A stretch of DNA of 59,329 nt, filler included, from Circinaria calcarea (GCA_051942165.1; 5 parts of 5 records of this genome joined end to end with filler, not necessarily neighbours in it), one strand, 5' to 3'. Counted from the whole stretch's first letter, positions 1-13,204 are shown. Translations and numbers: made by a program. Notes: generated by a model not told the origin, from the letters alone.

Positions 1-1784
1 TCCAAAACCTCGTCCCTAGTCGTCAGCACCCTCCTTCCCTCCTCCTTCTTCAGCCTCTTTCTCTCTTCCTTGGTAACCAACCTACTCGGGGTCACTGGTG
101 TCAATGGTGTAAACGGCATGTACGGACTGTATGGTGTAGCCGGCACCCCGGTCGCTGGCGTCCTTAAATAATTACTGACGTCGGGAGTTCTGCGTTCGAG
201 CACGGTCGCTTTAATGGTTGAAATAGGACGATTGGAGAGGTTAGTGTTTATGGAGCGGAGGGGAAGTGGGGTGGTACGGTTACTACCAGCCATGGAGACT
301 TGGCTGGTGGGAGAGAGGCCGGATGAGGTGTTGACCGTAAGGGGAAGGGGATTTGGTTTACGGAGCGATCGGGGCATTTTCTGGCTAAGGGAATCCTGGT
401 GGGTGGTTTGTTGACTGGAAGGTGAGATTGCATCATCGGTTTCAGGCGTTGCGACTGAGAACTCAAACGTTGGGTTCGTTGAATTTTGGAGGGGGAGCGG
501 ACTCGGCTTGCGTTGAGATTTGGGTGTCAATTGGCGAGAAGGCAGTTGGAATGAAGCTTGTTGATGTACTGGCTCATTGGATTCTCCGATTTCGGATTTC
601 CCGAGTGAGAAGTCAAACGGCCCTCTCGTCGGTGTTCGTGGACTTGGGAGATCTGGTGTCCTGGAGCTAGGGACTGCTCCACGTGAGGTTATGATCGAAG
701 ATGGAAAGCGCTTGCGCCTTGGACTGGCCAGTGAGCCTTGATATTGTTCATCTGACGCATTTGAAGCATGTCTCTGGGGCGGAGTTGGCGGCGGGCCAGG
801 GTTATAGTGTCGAGGGCTTAACGGTTCGGCTTCACCGTACATTTTCATTCTATCCGGCGCAAAGTCTGGAGATCCCATAGGTGGGGAAATGTTCAGGCTG
901 CGAATCCCGTGGCTCCTTCCGAAACTACCCAACGAACTCAGGGACGAGGTTCGACTACTTGGTCTTGAACCAGCTATAGATACTGGTGTCGGTTTCGAGT
1001 TACTCGTCCACGTTCGCTGTGGTGATACCGTATTTATTCGGTTCGGCGAATTTGGGTCGACTTCAGCGGTAGGTGGCAAACTGGATTGTCTCGCTTGCGA
1101 CACATAACGCAGATGCTGGAGTTCAGGGGGATTTTGTGGTGAAGACTTGACGCTAACTGTCGAGGCGGATTTGTACTGCTGATCATCTTGTTCCATGACG
1201 GCAGCATATAAGCGTTCCATCTCGATCTGATTCTTCGCCTTGTCATCTTGCACCACGTTTTCGTCAAACTTCACTTCGCTACTCTGCACCGAAGTCTGCT
1301 GCTTATGTCCTCTACCGAAGCTTCCCCACTTATTGCTTCTCCCCACCGTCGGGCTAGGCCAGTCCCGTTTGCTAGCTGTGATACTGGCAGGACTAGGGCT
1401 CCATGCGTTTGACCGTGCGGGGGAAATGTCCAGCTCGAATGCCCCGTGAACGTTCGGCTGGGTGGTTGGCTTGAACATCTCCATCGCCAACGTATGAGGG
1501 GAGATTTGGGCGGAACGCCGTAGTCGGCGACCAACGGTGAAGATAGCTGTGATGACGGCGAGTGTCAAGAGGATGTATGCACCGAAGATTGAACCTATTG
1601 CAATTGGTAAATGGGTTTTGTCGTTCAATGGTCCGATGTCCCTTGCGGATTGGAGCTGCATTGGAACTGGTACGCTTCTGACGGCTGGAATATATACGTG
1701 AAGGCTTGGTAAAGCTGCTGTTTCGCAAGAACGTGGGATCGCGAGTAAGAGTAACGTCGCCCACGTTATCGATATGCGGGACAT
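1..1784 (-). CDS. Conserved fungal hypothetical single-pass membrane protein, 3' end truncated by contig edge
   Basis: ATG at 1784 gives MSRISITWATLLLLAIP (signal-like), a TM segment IAIGSIFGAYILLTLAVITAIFTVGRRLRR, then FDENVVQDDKAKNQIEMERLYAAVMEQ, YNPGPPPTPP and PATPYSPYMPFTPLTPVTPSRLVTKEERKRLKKEEG. The start and position-1 segments share a frame; I translated it in segments, not codon by codon. Probably absent from the ORF track because no stop lies in the window. Confidence 0.8.
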   Translation of the reverse strand, partial: MSRISITWATLLLLAIPRSCETAALPSLHVYIPAVRSVPVPMQLQSARDIGPLNDKTHLPIAIGSIFGAYILLTLAVITAIFTVGRRLRRSAQISPHTLAMEMFKPTTQPNVHGAFELDISPARSNAWSPSPASITASKRDWPSPTVGRSNKWGSFGRGHKQQTSVQSSEVKFDENVVQDDKAKNQIEMERLYAAVMEQDDQQYKSASTVSVKSSPQNPPELQHLRYVSQARQSSLPPTAEVDPNSPNRINTVSPQRTWTSNSKPTPVSIAGSRPSSRTSSLSSLGSFGRSHGIRSLNISPPMGSPDFAPDRMKMYGEAEPLSPRHYNPGPPPTPPQRHASNASDEQYQGSLASPRRKRFPSSIITSRGAVPSSRTPDLPSPRTPTRGPFDFSLGKSEIGESNEPVHQQASFQLPSRQLTPKSQRKPSPLPLQNSTNPTFEFSVATPETDDAISPSSQQTTHQDSLSQKMPRSLRKPNPLPLTVNTSSGLSPTSQVSMAGSNRTTPLPLRSINTNLSNRPISTIKATVLERRTPDVSNYLRTPATGVPATPYSPYMPFTPLTPVTPSRLVTKEERKRLKKEEGRRVLTTRDEVL

Positions 1785-3895
1785 TGTGATCTAGTACCGG
1801 GATGCCACCTCTTTAACTGACGATAGCAACAGCTGGCCTGCGATGGATGAGAATAGTAGCATTCCGATGCTCTGTCACTACCACGCCGTGATGTTTGAGA
1901 TGCAGCGTTGCGGGCGGCTGGTGGAATATATTGCGGCATTCTGCCTGCAGGTACCTTCTTCACGGGCGTTAAGAGGGCCGTCTGATTGGATGTGACGGTG
2001 TGAATTAGCTCCAGTGCTTGCAGCTTCACCAGCGCTTACAGGATGGCAAAAAGCATAAATCGATGCTGTGTGGCTGCTCATCATGATCGCTTCTTCGTCG
2101 CTGCGGGAGATTAGTAGGGATCGGGAGGGCCTACGGCGGACTAGACCATTCACTGCATCGCTGGCGTCAATTATCGCCGACCACACTCTTCCAGTGCTTT
2201 ACCAAGACTTGTGATTATAATCAGCATGCTCGCCTATTCAATGGATCTCTTCTTCCTATGGATACTGCTGAGGTTGTGGTCATTGGTATACTCCTATCGC
2301 AATCCTGGGAGTTGCAAACCGTCATCACACCATCGAACATGAACGATGGCGATCTTTGGATGTTTCCTGCGTCTCCTCGAATGGGACGCTACACGGCAGC
2401 ATGTAGATCACTGGGATTTCAGGCTCAGTGGCTCCTTATCGACAAGAACTCTCCTACTCTAAACGGCACCAAAGGACGATGGAGGGGGGGCAGATAGACC
2501 CGCCCGTATAGGTAGCAGACGACATAACAGAACGTTTCGAGTTCAGGGACGCTTTAATCGTGAAGTTGCATCTGGATTTCTGATTCTCACAAGTCTTGTC
2601 GCTGCATTGCTCATCGAGCGATCTGATTCCTTTCAATTCCTGAGGTTCACTGTGGTAATGTTATCTTCTGGCAACAGCAACCTTGCGAAAAAGCAATATT
2701 AAAGGATATCTGAATAAGATAGCACGTCTTATGTCACCTAGTACCTTGCTGTATATATGAAACATTCCAATGCCTTGTACAAGCCTAGCACTGTCGTATT
2801 TCACCACGCAAGCAGTATAACTTCTTTCAGTAGCAGGAGAAACGCAGTTACCCTTCATACACAGCAGTCACGCAGGTACTCAGCTAAGGATGAGGACTGT
2901 ACCGCATACCTCTAGATTAGGCAAGTCACGCACTGTCCTCGATTTGGTGTGCTTAACGCTACTCTGCGATCGCTGCGCTGTTTCTAGAATCGCTTTTAAG
3001 TCGGCCATGTCTCCATTAGCCACCGATGAAGTGCTCGAATAGGCCGTGGTCCATACTCTGGAATCAATAATGACTGTGGGATGCTTTAAGAGATCTCGGC
3101 CATCGAGCTAAACTGGGAGACTGGTTGTTAAGGTTTGCCAAAGTGCGAACCATGTACTAATACTCACAGTGTTCTCCGCCATCACCGGACAAGCCAGCAG
3201 AAACCTTGAAGAATCCGAACTTACCACTTTTGGTCGTGTACCCGTACAGTTACACCGCCGGCGGGAATTGCACCAGCATTAACTTGGATGAAAGCTAAAG
3301 CACCTAGGTGCAATAGTATTTACTAGTAATTTCTACCTCCGTACGGGAATTAGCTCAGCTTTCCTTAGATGAGAACAATCTCAAGCTACAGTTAGAATAC
3401 CCGCAGAAAATGGCCATAGTCCGAAATGGAGCCGCCCTTTGAAGTGAAGAATACTGATACCTTATTGCAATCATGGACCTGGAAGTCATTCACGGGCACT
3501 GTTTTATCATCTGTTTCAGAGGTCTTGTTATCGGTACATGTTCATCCACGAGGAAACGTTGGTCCCAATGCTAGACTCCAAGGATCCTACCATTCGCGCA
3601 CGGGTATAGTATAATTCACAGACTTAACATTGGCTCGTATCCAAATGGGCTCCACAGGGATTTAAATGTTGACTGACATGATGAATACACACTGTATATA
3701 AATTATGGATACCTTATTCAGAAATTGACTGGCCTAGTGGGAGTATACATATATTCAACTGAGAGGCAGGATATTGCTGTACCTTTTTCTACAACAGCAT
3801 CGACTCATCCTCATTCTCATTAATACGGAACATACTCCAATCTCATTGAACCGTCGAAGCACCTTGATTGAATCTCTTCAACCAAAGATATCATC

Positions 3896-4429
3896 ATGTC
3901 TCCCCTACCCGACTGGCAGGCCAAATGCACCAGCCACGCCGGAGTCATGGTCGGGCTTTCTTCAGACCACGGCATGATCCTAGCCATTATCCTCTTCCTC
4001 ACCGTACCCTCTCTCGCATCCAGCGTCCTGGCCTGTCTTCCCGCCTGCATAAAACAGAAACTCAAGTCCTCTCCCCTCTCCCATTTCAACCCTCGAACCG
4101 CGATCGCCTCACGCACCCGAGGCTCCTTGGCCATGAAATACCGCCTTTTCATCGCCACGGTCCTCCTCGCCCTGAGCATCCCTGCCTTGGCATTCCTCGG
4201 CATCGCCATTCAGATCTGGCACTTTTGCGGCGAGAAGCCGATGGGTTATCAGGTCTCCGTGTTTGTTTGGGTCCTGTTTGCGCTCATTCCCGGGGTCACG
4301 GTCGTCCTGGCTTGTCTGGCTTGGAGCTATCTCCTTGGCTTGGTGCTTCACCCGACCCCGGCCGTTTCCTCGACCAGGATGAAGATTAGAAGTACGGCGA
4401 CGCCTTCTGAGGTGCCCCCGGGCAGGTGA
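3896..4429 (+). CDS. Small hypothetical membrane protein (about 3 TM helices)
   Basis: 177-aa ATG ORF with C-ending codon bias and three hydrophobic stretches (MILAIILFLTVPSL; LFIATVLLALSIPALAFLGIAI; VFVWVLFALIPGVTVVLACLAWSYLLGLVL). No family recognised. Confidence 0.55.
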   Translation: MSPLPDWQAKCTSHAGVMVGLSSDHGMILAIILFLTVPSLASSVLACLPACIKQKLKSSPLSHFNPRTAIASRTRGSLAMKYRLFIATVLLALSIPALAFLGIAIQIWHFCGEKPMGYQVSVFVWVLFALIPGVTVVLACLAWSYLLGLVLHPTPAVSSTRMKIRSTATPSEVPPGR

Positions 4430-4890
4430 TTAGGGCCGGCAAGTTCGACTAGGGACGCGTGGGAGTGTAGGGGGTTTTTGGCCTTCGGTGTTCACTTGGC
4501 ATGAGCTGCAAGCAGTTTCATGGGAGGTACCCGGATACCTGGAGTAGCTTTTGCTGTTCCGTAAATCTCTGGGTGAAACGGGGGGCCCAATTGTCCCGGA
4601 CTATCCACAGCATCTGTTCTCTCACGTGCTTCCGTCGAAAAGAGACCCCGCCTCGCGGAGACAGCCGGAAGACAAGAAGACCGTGACATAACGCCTAGGA
4701 TAGCGGTGGTAAAATAGCCATCTGCTTCCTGGAAAGCCTCAGCGACCGTCCCACTATCCCAAGCGCTACCCGGGAACCACCAAAACCGAGTGAACTGGGG
4801 TGATTATCCTTTGTATAGGGCTATAGGTACACGGATGCACTAGGGATATTAATCTCATAGGGACAGCTTATTGGAATTTACGCTTTGATT

Positions 4891-6484
4891 TTATGAAAAT
4901 CTCAACCCGTATTTCCACACAATAGAAATGATCATGTACCCGTACAATCCTGAACTTTTCACGCATCCACTCATCTCATTCCAATTCTCCCCCTCACACA
5001 TCCAAAAGCATCCCAATCCCAACAGCTTTCCCCTACCACCCCCCCCAAAACCCAAAACCCAAAACCCAAAAAAAACGGTTCGGGGGAGATGGGTATACAA
5101 GTGGGCCGTAGAGGCGAACTGTCTCCATGAGAACCGAATGGAGGAATGGGAGAGCATCAACGGAACGGAGTGATGGAAGTTCGTGGCAAGACCTTCCATT
5201 TGACTCGCGCCGTACATTCGGGGGGAGAGAAAGAGAAGTTCTTGGCGAAGCAACATTTGGAGAGCCGGCCCCCGAGACAGTGCATCATATAGGCCAATGT
5301 AATTGCTGTTCCCTCTTGTCCGGCTAGTAAGGCATCAGGCCTTTCGGATGCCACGGATAAGTCTCGCGGTCGTCGCGGTAGTGCATGTTCAACCATCGAG
5401 CTTGCCTTTTCCCAAACCTTCACAGACTTGCCTATATACGATAGGCGAAGTTGAAGTCATTCCGTATATTGCCATCCCCTTGTCTGCCGCTCGACACATG
5501 TTCTGGCACCAGTCTTCAATCTCACGGCACATGCGGCCAACTAATTCGGGCTAGAAACGAATACCTAGCTTTGATAAGATAGTACGGACCCGGGGCAACT
5601 CCGCCGACCAGAATGGATATGACCTTCGGGCTCGCCATAAGTCCAACCAGTGTTGCCGGTATTTGGCGTCTTGTACGAAGTTTGTGCTGTTGGATAAACC
5701 AAAGAGATGGGCACTGATGAAATCTATGGCGATACTACAGTTGAGTTCAAAGACATTCCCAGAGCAATCTCCTTGTGCTAGACAGTCTAGATGAGGCAAG
5801 AGTCGGCCGAACAAGACCGTCTGGGAGATCTCCTGCATCTGCGGGCAAAGCTGTAGGTAGGATTTCGAATGCATGTTCGACATCATCCTCTTGTGGATCG
5901 AGTGTGGTTTGCTATGCACGGTCGAGAACGTGTTGAGTACTCTGTCGGATTGAGCATTTGCTTCAACTTGATGGTGTTAAAGGAGAAGTACCCCTAAGTG
6001 TCAGTCGATTAACATACCAATCTGGCTTCTCAAAGTCTCCGGTATAAATCGTCCGCACACCTCCATTGACAAAGTTTACATTCACTTCATTGGGCCCCGG
6101 CCTAATTACCTGTCCTAATCTCTCATGGCAAGACAAGAGCGTGCGATTTTTGATGCGCAAATGCCTTACCCAGAGAATCCATGCCGGACAAAAGCAAGGG
6201 GTGAAGTGAGCACTAGGTATCGTAGATAAAGGTGATAGAAAGACTTGATAGATAAGATATCTATACAGTAGTAGGGTTACGACAGCGCTAAACAAGATGC
6301 TGACAGAGGTAGCATTGTAGCAAGAGGCTGCTAACAAAGGAGGCTCAAAAGGGACTGTTGAAGATAGGAAATTGGAGTAGCTGGAATTATTCAACGAGCG
6401 GATTGCCTGGAGACTTGACTCCGAATAGCCACGCCGCAATACCCATTTTGCTACCCTTGATCTAAGTACTGGTAGTTCAGCCAT
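4891..6484 (-). pseudogene. Cytochrome P450 pseudogene (or badly mis-sequenced P450)
   Basis: N-terminal anchor plus FLSPLSTIP..WILWVR..RPGPNEV; intron about 5942-5991; in-frame TAG at 5551-5553; I-helix remnant ASERPDALLAGQEGTAITLAY; K-helix LPFLHSVLMETVRLY (ExxR) in another frame near 5110-5160; degenerate heme-loop-like FWVLGFGGGGRG with no Cys. Confidence 0.75.
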
Positions 6485-7770
6485 CGTTCTACTAGTGCTT
6501 CTTACCGTACATCGACGTTTGTTAGATCAAGTCCGGGATCTGGAATCGCGAGTTTACCCCTTCCAAGCTCGGTCCTACACGCCTAGAATTGGCCTATGTA
6601 TTGGTGGGTCGGCCTCAAATCAGTAGGTCATCATTGCCATTGTATCGCGCGGGAACATGATGGAGAGAATGCTTGACACGCTGAATAACTCGTAATATTT
6701 GCACGGATTGACGATCGTATCCCAGTCATCATTGCAAAACAGTCCATTCTAATACAATAGAATCACACGTGGTTCCAGAAAAGAGCATGTAGCACACAGT
6801 ACTTTGTCTCCGTCCAGGTCCAGCATGTAATGTACTTGCTCGTGGTGGGACGCAGAGATCGGTTTTGCATCTCGCATACTGCATTGCATATACGTCCCTC
6901 GATTAGATGAGCTGCGGAAGAAGCCCTAGCTTTTGGCGATCGTCAACAGGCTTAGGGCCCATACTTATGCGACCAGAACTTCCAGAAGTTTGCGATATCG
7001 GAAAACCTACACCGCCTGATGTCGGAAAAGCCTGTGGGCAGGCCTGCAGACGTCTTGATCCTGCCATTCATCACAAGAAACCCGCTTGAAACAACGCAGC
7101 GTTTTTGTAAACGAAAAATAAAGGTACGTAAAGCTATGGTAAGCGAGAGAGCATTGCTGGGGCTGACGTAAGCCGACCAGTATTTTAGCGAACTCTCTTG
7201 TTCTTACCTACTATGGTAGTTACATGAACATGCAGAAATTCTATGATCCTTGAACGTAGTGCATTGCAGGAATACAGCATCTTTCCCCGCAGCGTATATG
7301 ATTGGCTGAGACTATCGGTAGATATCTCCAACTTTTTCCCGTACTTGGCAACATATGCTTGCGACTAGCGCGCTGCTTCGCACGGACACTTAGAAACGCT
7401 CCTATCTCTGCTGATGTACCCCACTTCGACTTTTCACAGCCAGAGCACGCTTACATGGGCGGCTCGTCGCACAAGCCATGCCGGCCGGAGCTTAAAGTCA
7501 CATGACCTCAAGCCTTACTTGCTGCACTGTGTGCCGGTTGGTACTCCGTACATGTAAAGTAATCAGCCCTATCGCTCAGCTTTTCACCTCTTCCGGACAC
7601 TGAAAGAATCTACCCGCCCTCGGCGCCGGCGACTATCATGAACGATGGATTTCTCTCACGGTTAGTTATTGCATCGCGGTAAACTAGAGCAGCAAGAACT
7701 GGATAGTATGAGCTCCTGTCATACCTGCTTCCCGGTCATGGCATAGCTTTGGCTCTCCATTTCTTGCATA

Positions 7771-10006
7771 ATGGTATTCTCCGATGCTACAAGTTATTTG
7801 GAAGACAAAATGTCATGCAGAGATACAATCCGTTGTCCTAGCCAGAAGATCGATACCCTGATGGCATGGTTCACGCAAAATGGCGGCACAATCCATCCTG
7901 CAGTGGAGATTGCTTCTTCGGAACTCAATGGCCACTTCCTTCGGACTCGTCGAGATCATACTTTGATTCCCGGAAGTCGCGTTGTGGACTGTCCGCACAA
8001 TCTAACAATCTCGGTCATGGATATGGACTGGGCTTATGATTCATGGCCGGATGATTTCAAGTTGCAATGGAGGCGTAGCCCCGAGGTACTCACTCGGTTC
8101 TTTCTCATGGAGCAGTTCTTGAAGAAGGAGGAGTCCTTCTGGTGGCCGTATTTCCAGATGCTTCCTCAGCCCCATCAACTGCATCTCCTCAATACGCCCA
8201 TGTGGTATGAGGAATCTGACTGTATCTGGATTAAAGGCACTAATCTGGACGGCTCAAGAACCAGCAGGCAAGCTGTATGGCGTCACGAATACGATTCGAG
8301 TATCGCATTACTCAACCAAGTTGATAAATCCCGGAGTTCTAAATTGCACCTGTACGAATGGTACGTATGTTCAGTGTTTGGCTCCGACAGCTTCTGAACA
8401 AGTTAGGACACTTTACAAGTGGGCAGCTACTATACTGACGTCTCGATGCTTCCCTGGTACAGCGTTGGCTCACAGGTTCATATCAGAACATGACCCTGAT
8501 GCTGCAACGAAGATAAGCATCCTCAAGCGATGGACGGAAGATAACTCTGTTATGTTTCCCGTACTGCTATCAGTATTCGATCTTGCAAATCATCATCCTT
8601 CCGCAAAGGTCTCTTGGGAGTGGAGTGCTTCATGCTGTAGTTTCATCACTGATCAGGAGATTTCTGGAGATGCAGAAATTCTGAACAACTACGGGTTTAA
8701 AGGCAATGAAGAACGTGAGTAGCGTCGGTTGTGTATACCTGACTGGGATATGCCGCTAATATCAATCCACTCAGTCATTATGGGTTATGGCTTCAGTATC
8801 GAAGGAAATAAAGCTGATGCTTTTGCTCTGGCCTTGGTAACGTCCAAGTCGAAGAACGTAAGATACATACTGGAAAAAGAGATGGAGACGGGGAAAGGGC
8901 AGGAATCTTCTATCGCCCCTGCAGAGACACCGACGAACCAGGAAATCCAAGTTTCATCCAACAAAGTAACGTTCATGTCCAAAATGAACAACAATTCGGC
9001 TTCATTACGTGATGGCGAACAAAGTCATCTGAAAGTAACTCATCCCTTATCCGAGATATTCCATCTCCGTCCACCTATATGTGAGGCACTATCATCGATT
9101 AACCAAGACCTGTTCGACACACTATCGGTAATGGTCGCCAACCAGAGAGAGCTTACAAGTGTTCACGTGCCTTCATCCCGCTCGTGGATCAGGCATCTCG
9201 ATGGCCAACCGACACATAATGATATCACTGTAGCATGCCGGCTCCTGGGATTTCTCCAGCAGCAGCATGCTAAAATCATAGAGCATACTGATGATCTTCC
9301 TCCATCGCCGCAAAATGTCAAGCAATTTCACGCTGCTCGGTACCGCCGATCCCAGCTTTATATTCTTCAGTCTATAATGATTGCCTTGAAGAGCTTTCTC
9401 AGTAATATAATCTCCGTGAAGCGCCGAGTTGCTGGTTTGGAAGACATTGTTTCTCATTCTCCTGTTGCACTCAGTACTCAGTTTCGGGCTGCACTCCATT
9501 GTACATTAGGAACCCGAAAGCCGCATAAGCTCCGAGAAGCGGGCTATCAAGACCTGGTGTTTACTATCTGGGTGTGTACGCTGTGGCTTTGCTATGCCAA
9601 CAAAGATTTGAAAGCTCTGCGTGAAAGAGCTGTTAATAAGTTTCACAAAGACGCGTTTGGTTGGTTGTCATTTGTCCACGCTTCCTATGGTCCGCCACCA
9701 GGATGGGCCGAAAATACATGTGTGAAAAGTGGTTGTTCCATCCATCGGCTGAATGTTAGAGGTAGTGAGGAAGCCCTGGAAGAGCGTGCTATTGTGGAGT
9801 CTTACCTCAAAGTCATCCGAGCAGCGGCTGCGATCAATTCAGACTCCCTATACGCGGATGGTATATGGACTGCCGAGTATCTCAGATGGGGTCATTACAT
9901 CGTTCAAGAAGAAGGCTTCATGTGTCCTAAGGTGGATGACGAGGATGGCGGCTCAGAAGATGAGTTTATGATTTTCTTTGAGGATGGAGAAGAAAAAGGA
10001 CTCTAG
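7771..10006 (+). CDS. SET-domain protein-lysine methyltransferase (Rkm/SETD3/Rubisco LSMT-like)
   Basis: Exons about 7771-8360, 8407-8714, 8775-10006 with GT-AG introns. Motifs WFTQNGG, SFWWPYFQMLPQP, WAATILTSRCF, FDLANHHP and spliced NNYGFKGNEELIMGYGF. Confidence 0.85.
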
Positions 10007-11797
10007 GTAAGAAGGACGACTGTAGAAAGGAGGCAGTCTAAAGAAACGGTACTCACCTTTTGGGAGAGACACTATCAAGACCCCTTATCCGCGGGTATAG
10101 ACATACTGCTGATTTCTCTTCGATCATAGAGTAAGCGAGGCACCACCCGCTATCATATACTGAGTAGGAGCTGGTAGCTTATTGCGCCAGGCACAATCTA
10201 AGGGTTTATACCCAGCTGTACCACTTACAAAGCATCTTTCCAATCGTCAAAAACCAAACTTCAACTCAACACTCTTCATCACAAGCGTTCAGTCTCGCCA
10301 ACACCAAACTTAAACCTATTCGGAATCATCAGCTTCTGGAAAACTTCACTCTGGAATGTTGCGCATCGAACCACCATTACCCCTGTCGAGTGGCATTTTC
10401 TATTGATCATGAAAGCTCTTCGACCAGAACTATGCAAGGGGCCTACTCACCACAGCAAGCCAACGTTTTGCCGGAAATAAATTCAAATCATGTCCCTGTG
10501 AAAACCGGGCCTCTGCTGCGTAACCCACCAGGCTTCCCCGGCTATGCCATTCGGGCATCAAGGCATCCCACCATGTCTTCCCCCGAACCTTATTTCTACA
10601 TACCCTATTTCACCGCATAGACCCCTGCGGATCACAAAATTATGGGGCTGAATAGCGGTGAGTATACCACCCGTAAGCTACGGGAAGACGGCTTAGGATT
10701 TAAGTTGCAGTAAGGTAAGCATACGGGAAGGTAGATATCCGCTGTCAGTGGGTGCATGCAGGTGTCAAAACACGGGTGTTGTGCATCATCCCGTATGCCG
10801 GTCAGGGTAACGCAAATCCAGAAAAAGATTCAGAGCAAAGGCCCTAAGGATCACGTACGTCCTTGGGAATCGTGTCTCCGTCTTACCTTGGCCCGCATTT
10901 CCCTTTCTACTTTCCGCCCTACTCTTCGTATTTTTGCTGTCGTTCCTGTGCTATCCGCTTTGCCATACTCCCATCCACTCTGCTGGGCCAGCGCCCGGCT
11001 ATCCGAACAGTAATCTCCCAAACCATCCAATCCTTTTCACATCACGTGTATGCAAACGCTTTTTCGTCTAACTCTCTCAATCACACCCAAAATCCTCCAC
11101 ACCTCCCCTGTTCCCCAAACAAACACCCCTCTCTCCTCGGACAACAGCAAAAACCCCATGCTCCCTTCATATCCCAGGAGCGGGCGGATTGACAATGGAC
11201 ACGCCTGAAGGGCGAGACCACCCAATGCAGCAGATAGGGCTCGTTACTACCTCAAAGGTCAAATATAGTGCGCTTGGGATGAAAGGCTGCGTAATGAGTT
11301 CTTCTGCTGCTGATAGAGTAAATTTGGCGATTGGGCAGTTTGAAAGCTTGAAACAAGGGATATAGGGGGGATTCGGGGGTGTGGATGTTTTTTGGGGGAA
11401 CCGTGGGTGGTGGGGGTGGGATTACTCGGCACATTTCCCATATCCGATCCTTCTTCTCTTCCTTGCTGGTTTCCCCCACCCCCAAAATAGAAAAAGAGAA
11501 GAGAAAAAACGAAAAATGCTTCCCGAAAGTAAGTAGGTGAATAGATTTTTACCAAAGGAGCGATTGCCATGTTCTCCCCTGGGGGGGGGAGCATGCAGTG
11601 GGCGAGTTAGTTGTAAACTGGCTAGCCATACGTCTTCTACATTCTTCATGCTATAACTTAAACCACTCTAACCACGCAAAAAAGCCAATCCAACCCAAAC
11701 AACAAATTCCAAATCCGAACAAAAACGTGGCTCCTATCTCCGCCTCACCTCACCTCACCTCTCACCTCTCCCACTCCCCCTTTCCACCCCCTTCTCC

Positions 11798-11897
11798 NNN
11801 NNNNNNNNNNNNNNNNNNNNNNNNNNNNNNNNNNNNNNNNNTTAATTAATTAANNNNNNNNNNNNNNNNNNNNNNNNNNNNNNNNNNNNNNNNNNNN
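11798..11897. other. Artificial contig-joining spacer
   Basis: 44 N + TTAATTAATTAA (stop in all six frames) + 44 N, exactly 100 bp. Confidence 0.98.
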
Positions 11898-13204
11898 GCC
11901 CTTTCTCCCTTCCCGCCCCCTTGATCCCCTCGTGGGTACTTAAAAATTTAAAAAACCTAACACTCAAAACAGAAACACTCCGCTCCGGCTTCTATCTATC
12001 TCACGGCCCCCTTCCAATTTCCAAATTCCAAAGGAAAGGGGGGGGGAAGGGGAGGCAAGCGCACTTCCAACCCACGAAACAGAAACAAAGTGATTTTTTT
12101 TTGAAAATGCAAATGCCAATGCAAATGCCATCCAATGCAAGTGTGGGGTGTGGTGTGAGTGTGAGTGTGAGTGTGAAGCTGTCTGTGTGATGTTAATTTA
12201 GAAGCCAAAGAATAAGAAAAAAGAGGTGAAAAAGAACCCCCCCCTCTCCTCTCTTGCCGGGGGTTTTATTTATTTATTTTTTAGGCTCTCTTCCCCTCCT
12301 CATATCTCATTCATATCCTGCCAGGGGTACCAAAACGTGAATTAAAAAAGTCGAATTGATGAATTAATGATTCTAGCCTCAGGGAATTAAATTGTATTGT
12401 ATCGTAAATTCCGGAGAAGATGGAGAAAATTGGGAGGATTCAAGACAAGACAAGGATCGAAAAAAGGGAGAGAAAAGGAAGGACAACGCAAACTCCTCTT
12501 CTCTCCTCTCCTCTCTGGAAGAAAAGAAAGGGGGGGGGGGTGGTTTTTTTGGATGGATGGATAGATAGATTGAAACTTGGGTTGGGGGGAAAACACAAAT
12601 TGAAAAAAGGCCTCCAGATGTGGTAGATACTAGTGGGCAGATAGGCAGGCAGTCAGCCCAAAGGGGGAATTTTCCGTATACTTGATTATATAGGATAGCC
12701 AAAGCGGAAAAGAAAGATGCACCGAACGTGTTATAGGTATGGTGTCGGGACTATCACCTAGCCCCGTGGAGAACTGAACATGTCATTTCATGGATAATGA
12801 TAGTTCTTGTTTGAGTTGATAACGAAGCCTACTACACAAAAGGTCCGGTACGGTACAACAATCAGAATGTAAAAGACACCAAGACTTTTTGACCAATGAG
12901 CCCCCATTCCCGTTAGTTTAAAAACAGGGCATCCGCCATTTACAGCACCGCATCTATGTATGCCCATGGAAACATGAGGTGGGGTATCTCCGGATGCAGA
13001 AACCAAACAATGCCATGATATCCAAAGCCGCCGATGATGAAAACTCGAATCACACAGGATCTTCCCGCTCTCTTGTATTCTCTCCGTATTTTCTAACCGT
13101 CGGGAAACGAGCACGAGCCATCCCTTGAATTCCCCAATGTGTCGGTACACCTTTGAAATCGGCGTCATGGCAATTTGTAACTCGTAAAATCGACTCTTGT
13201 AGGT

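Noticed and set aside
11842..11853. TTAATTAATTAA palindrome recurring every ~11.9 kb as a biological periodic element
   Set aside because: Always embedded in 44+44 N; a synthetic six-frame stop linker.
10860..12710. Short ORFs flanking the first spacer
   Set aside because: Low-complexity, homopolymer- and microsatellite-rich contig ends with no splice or coding signal.
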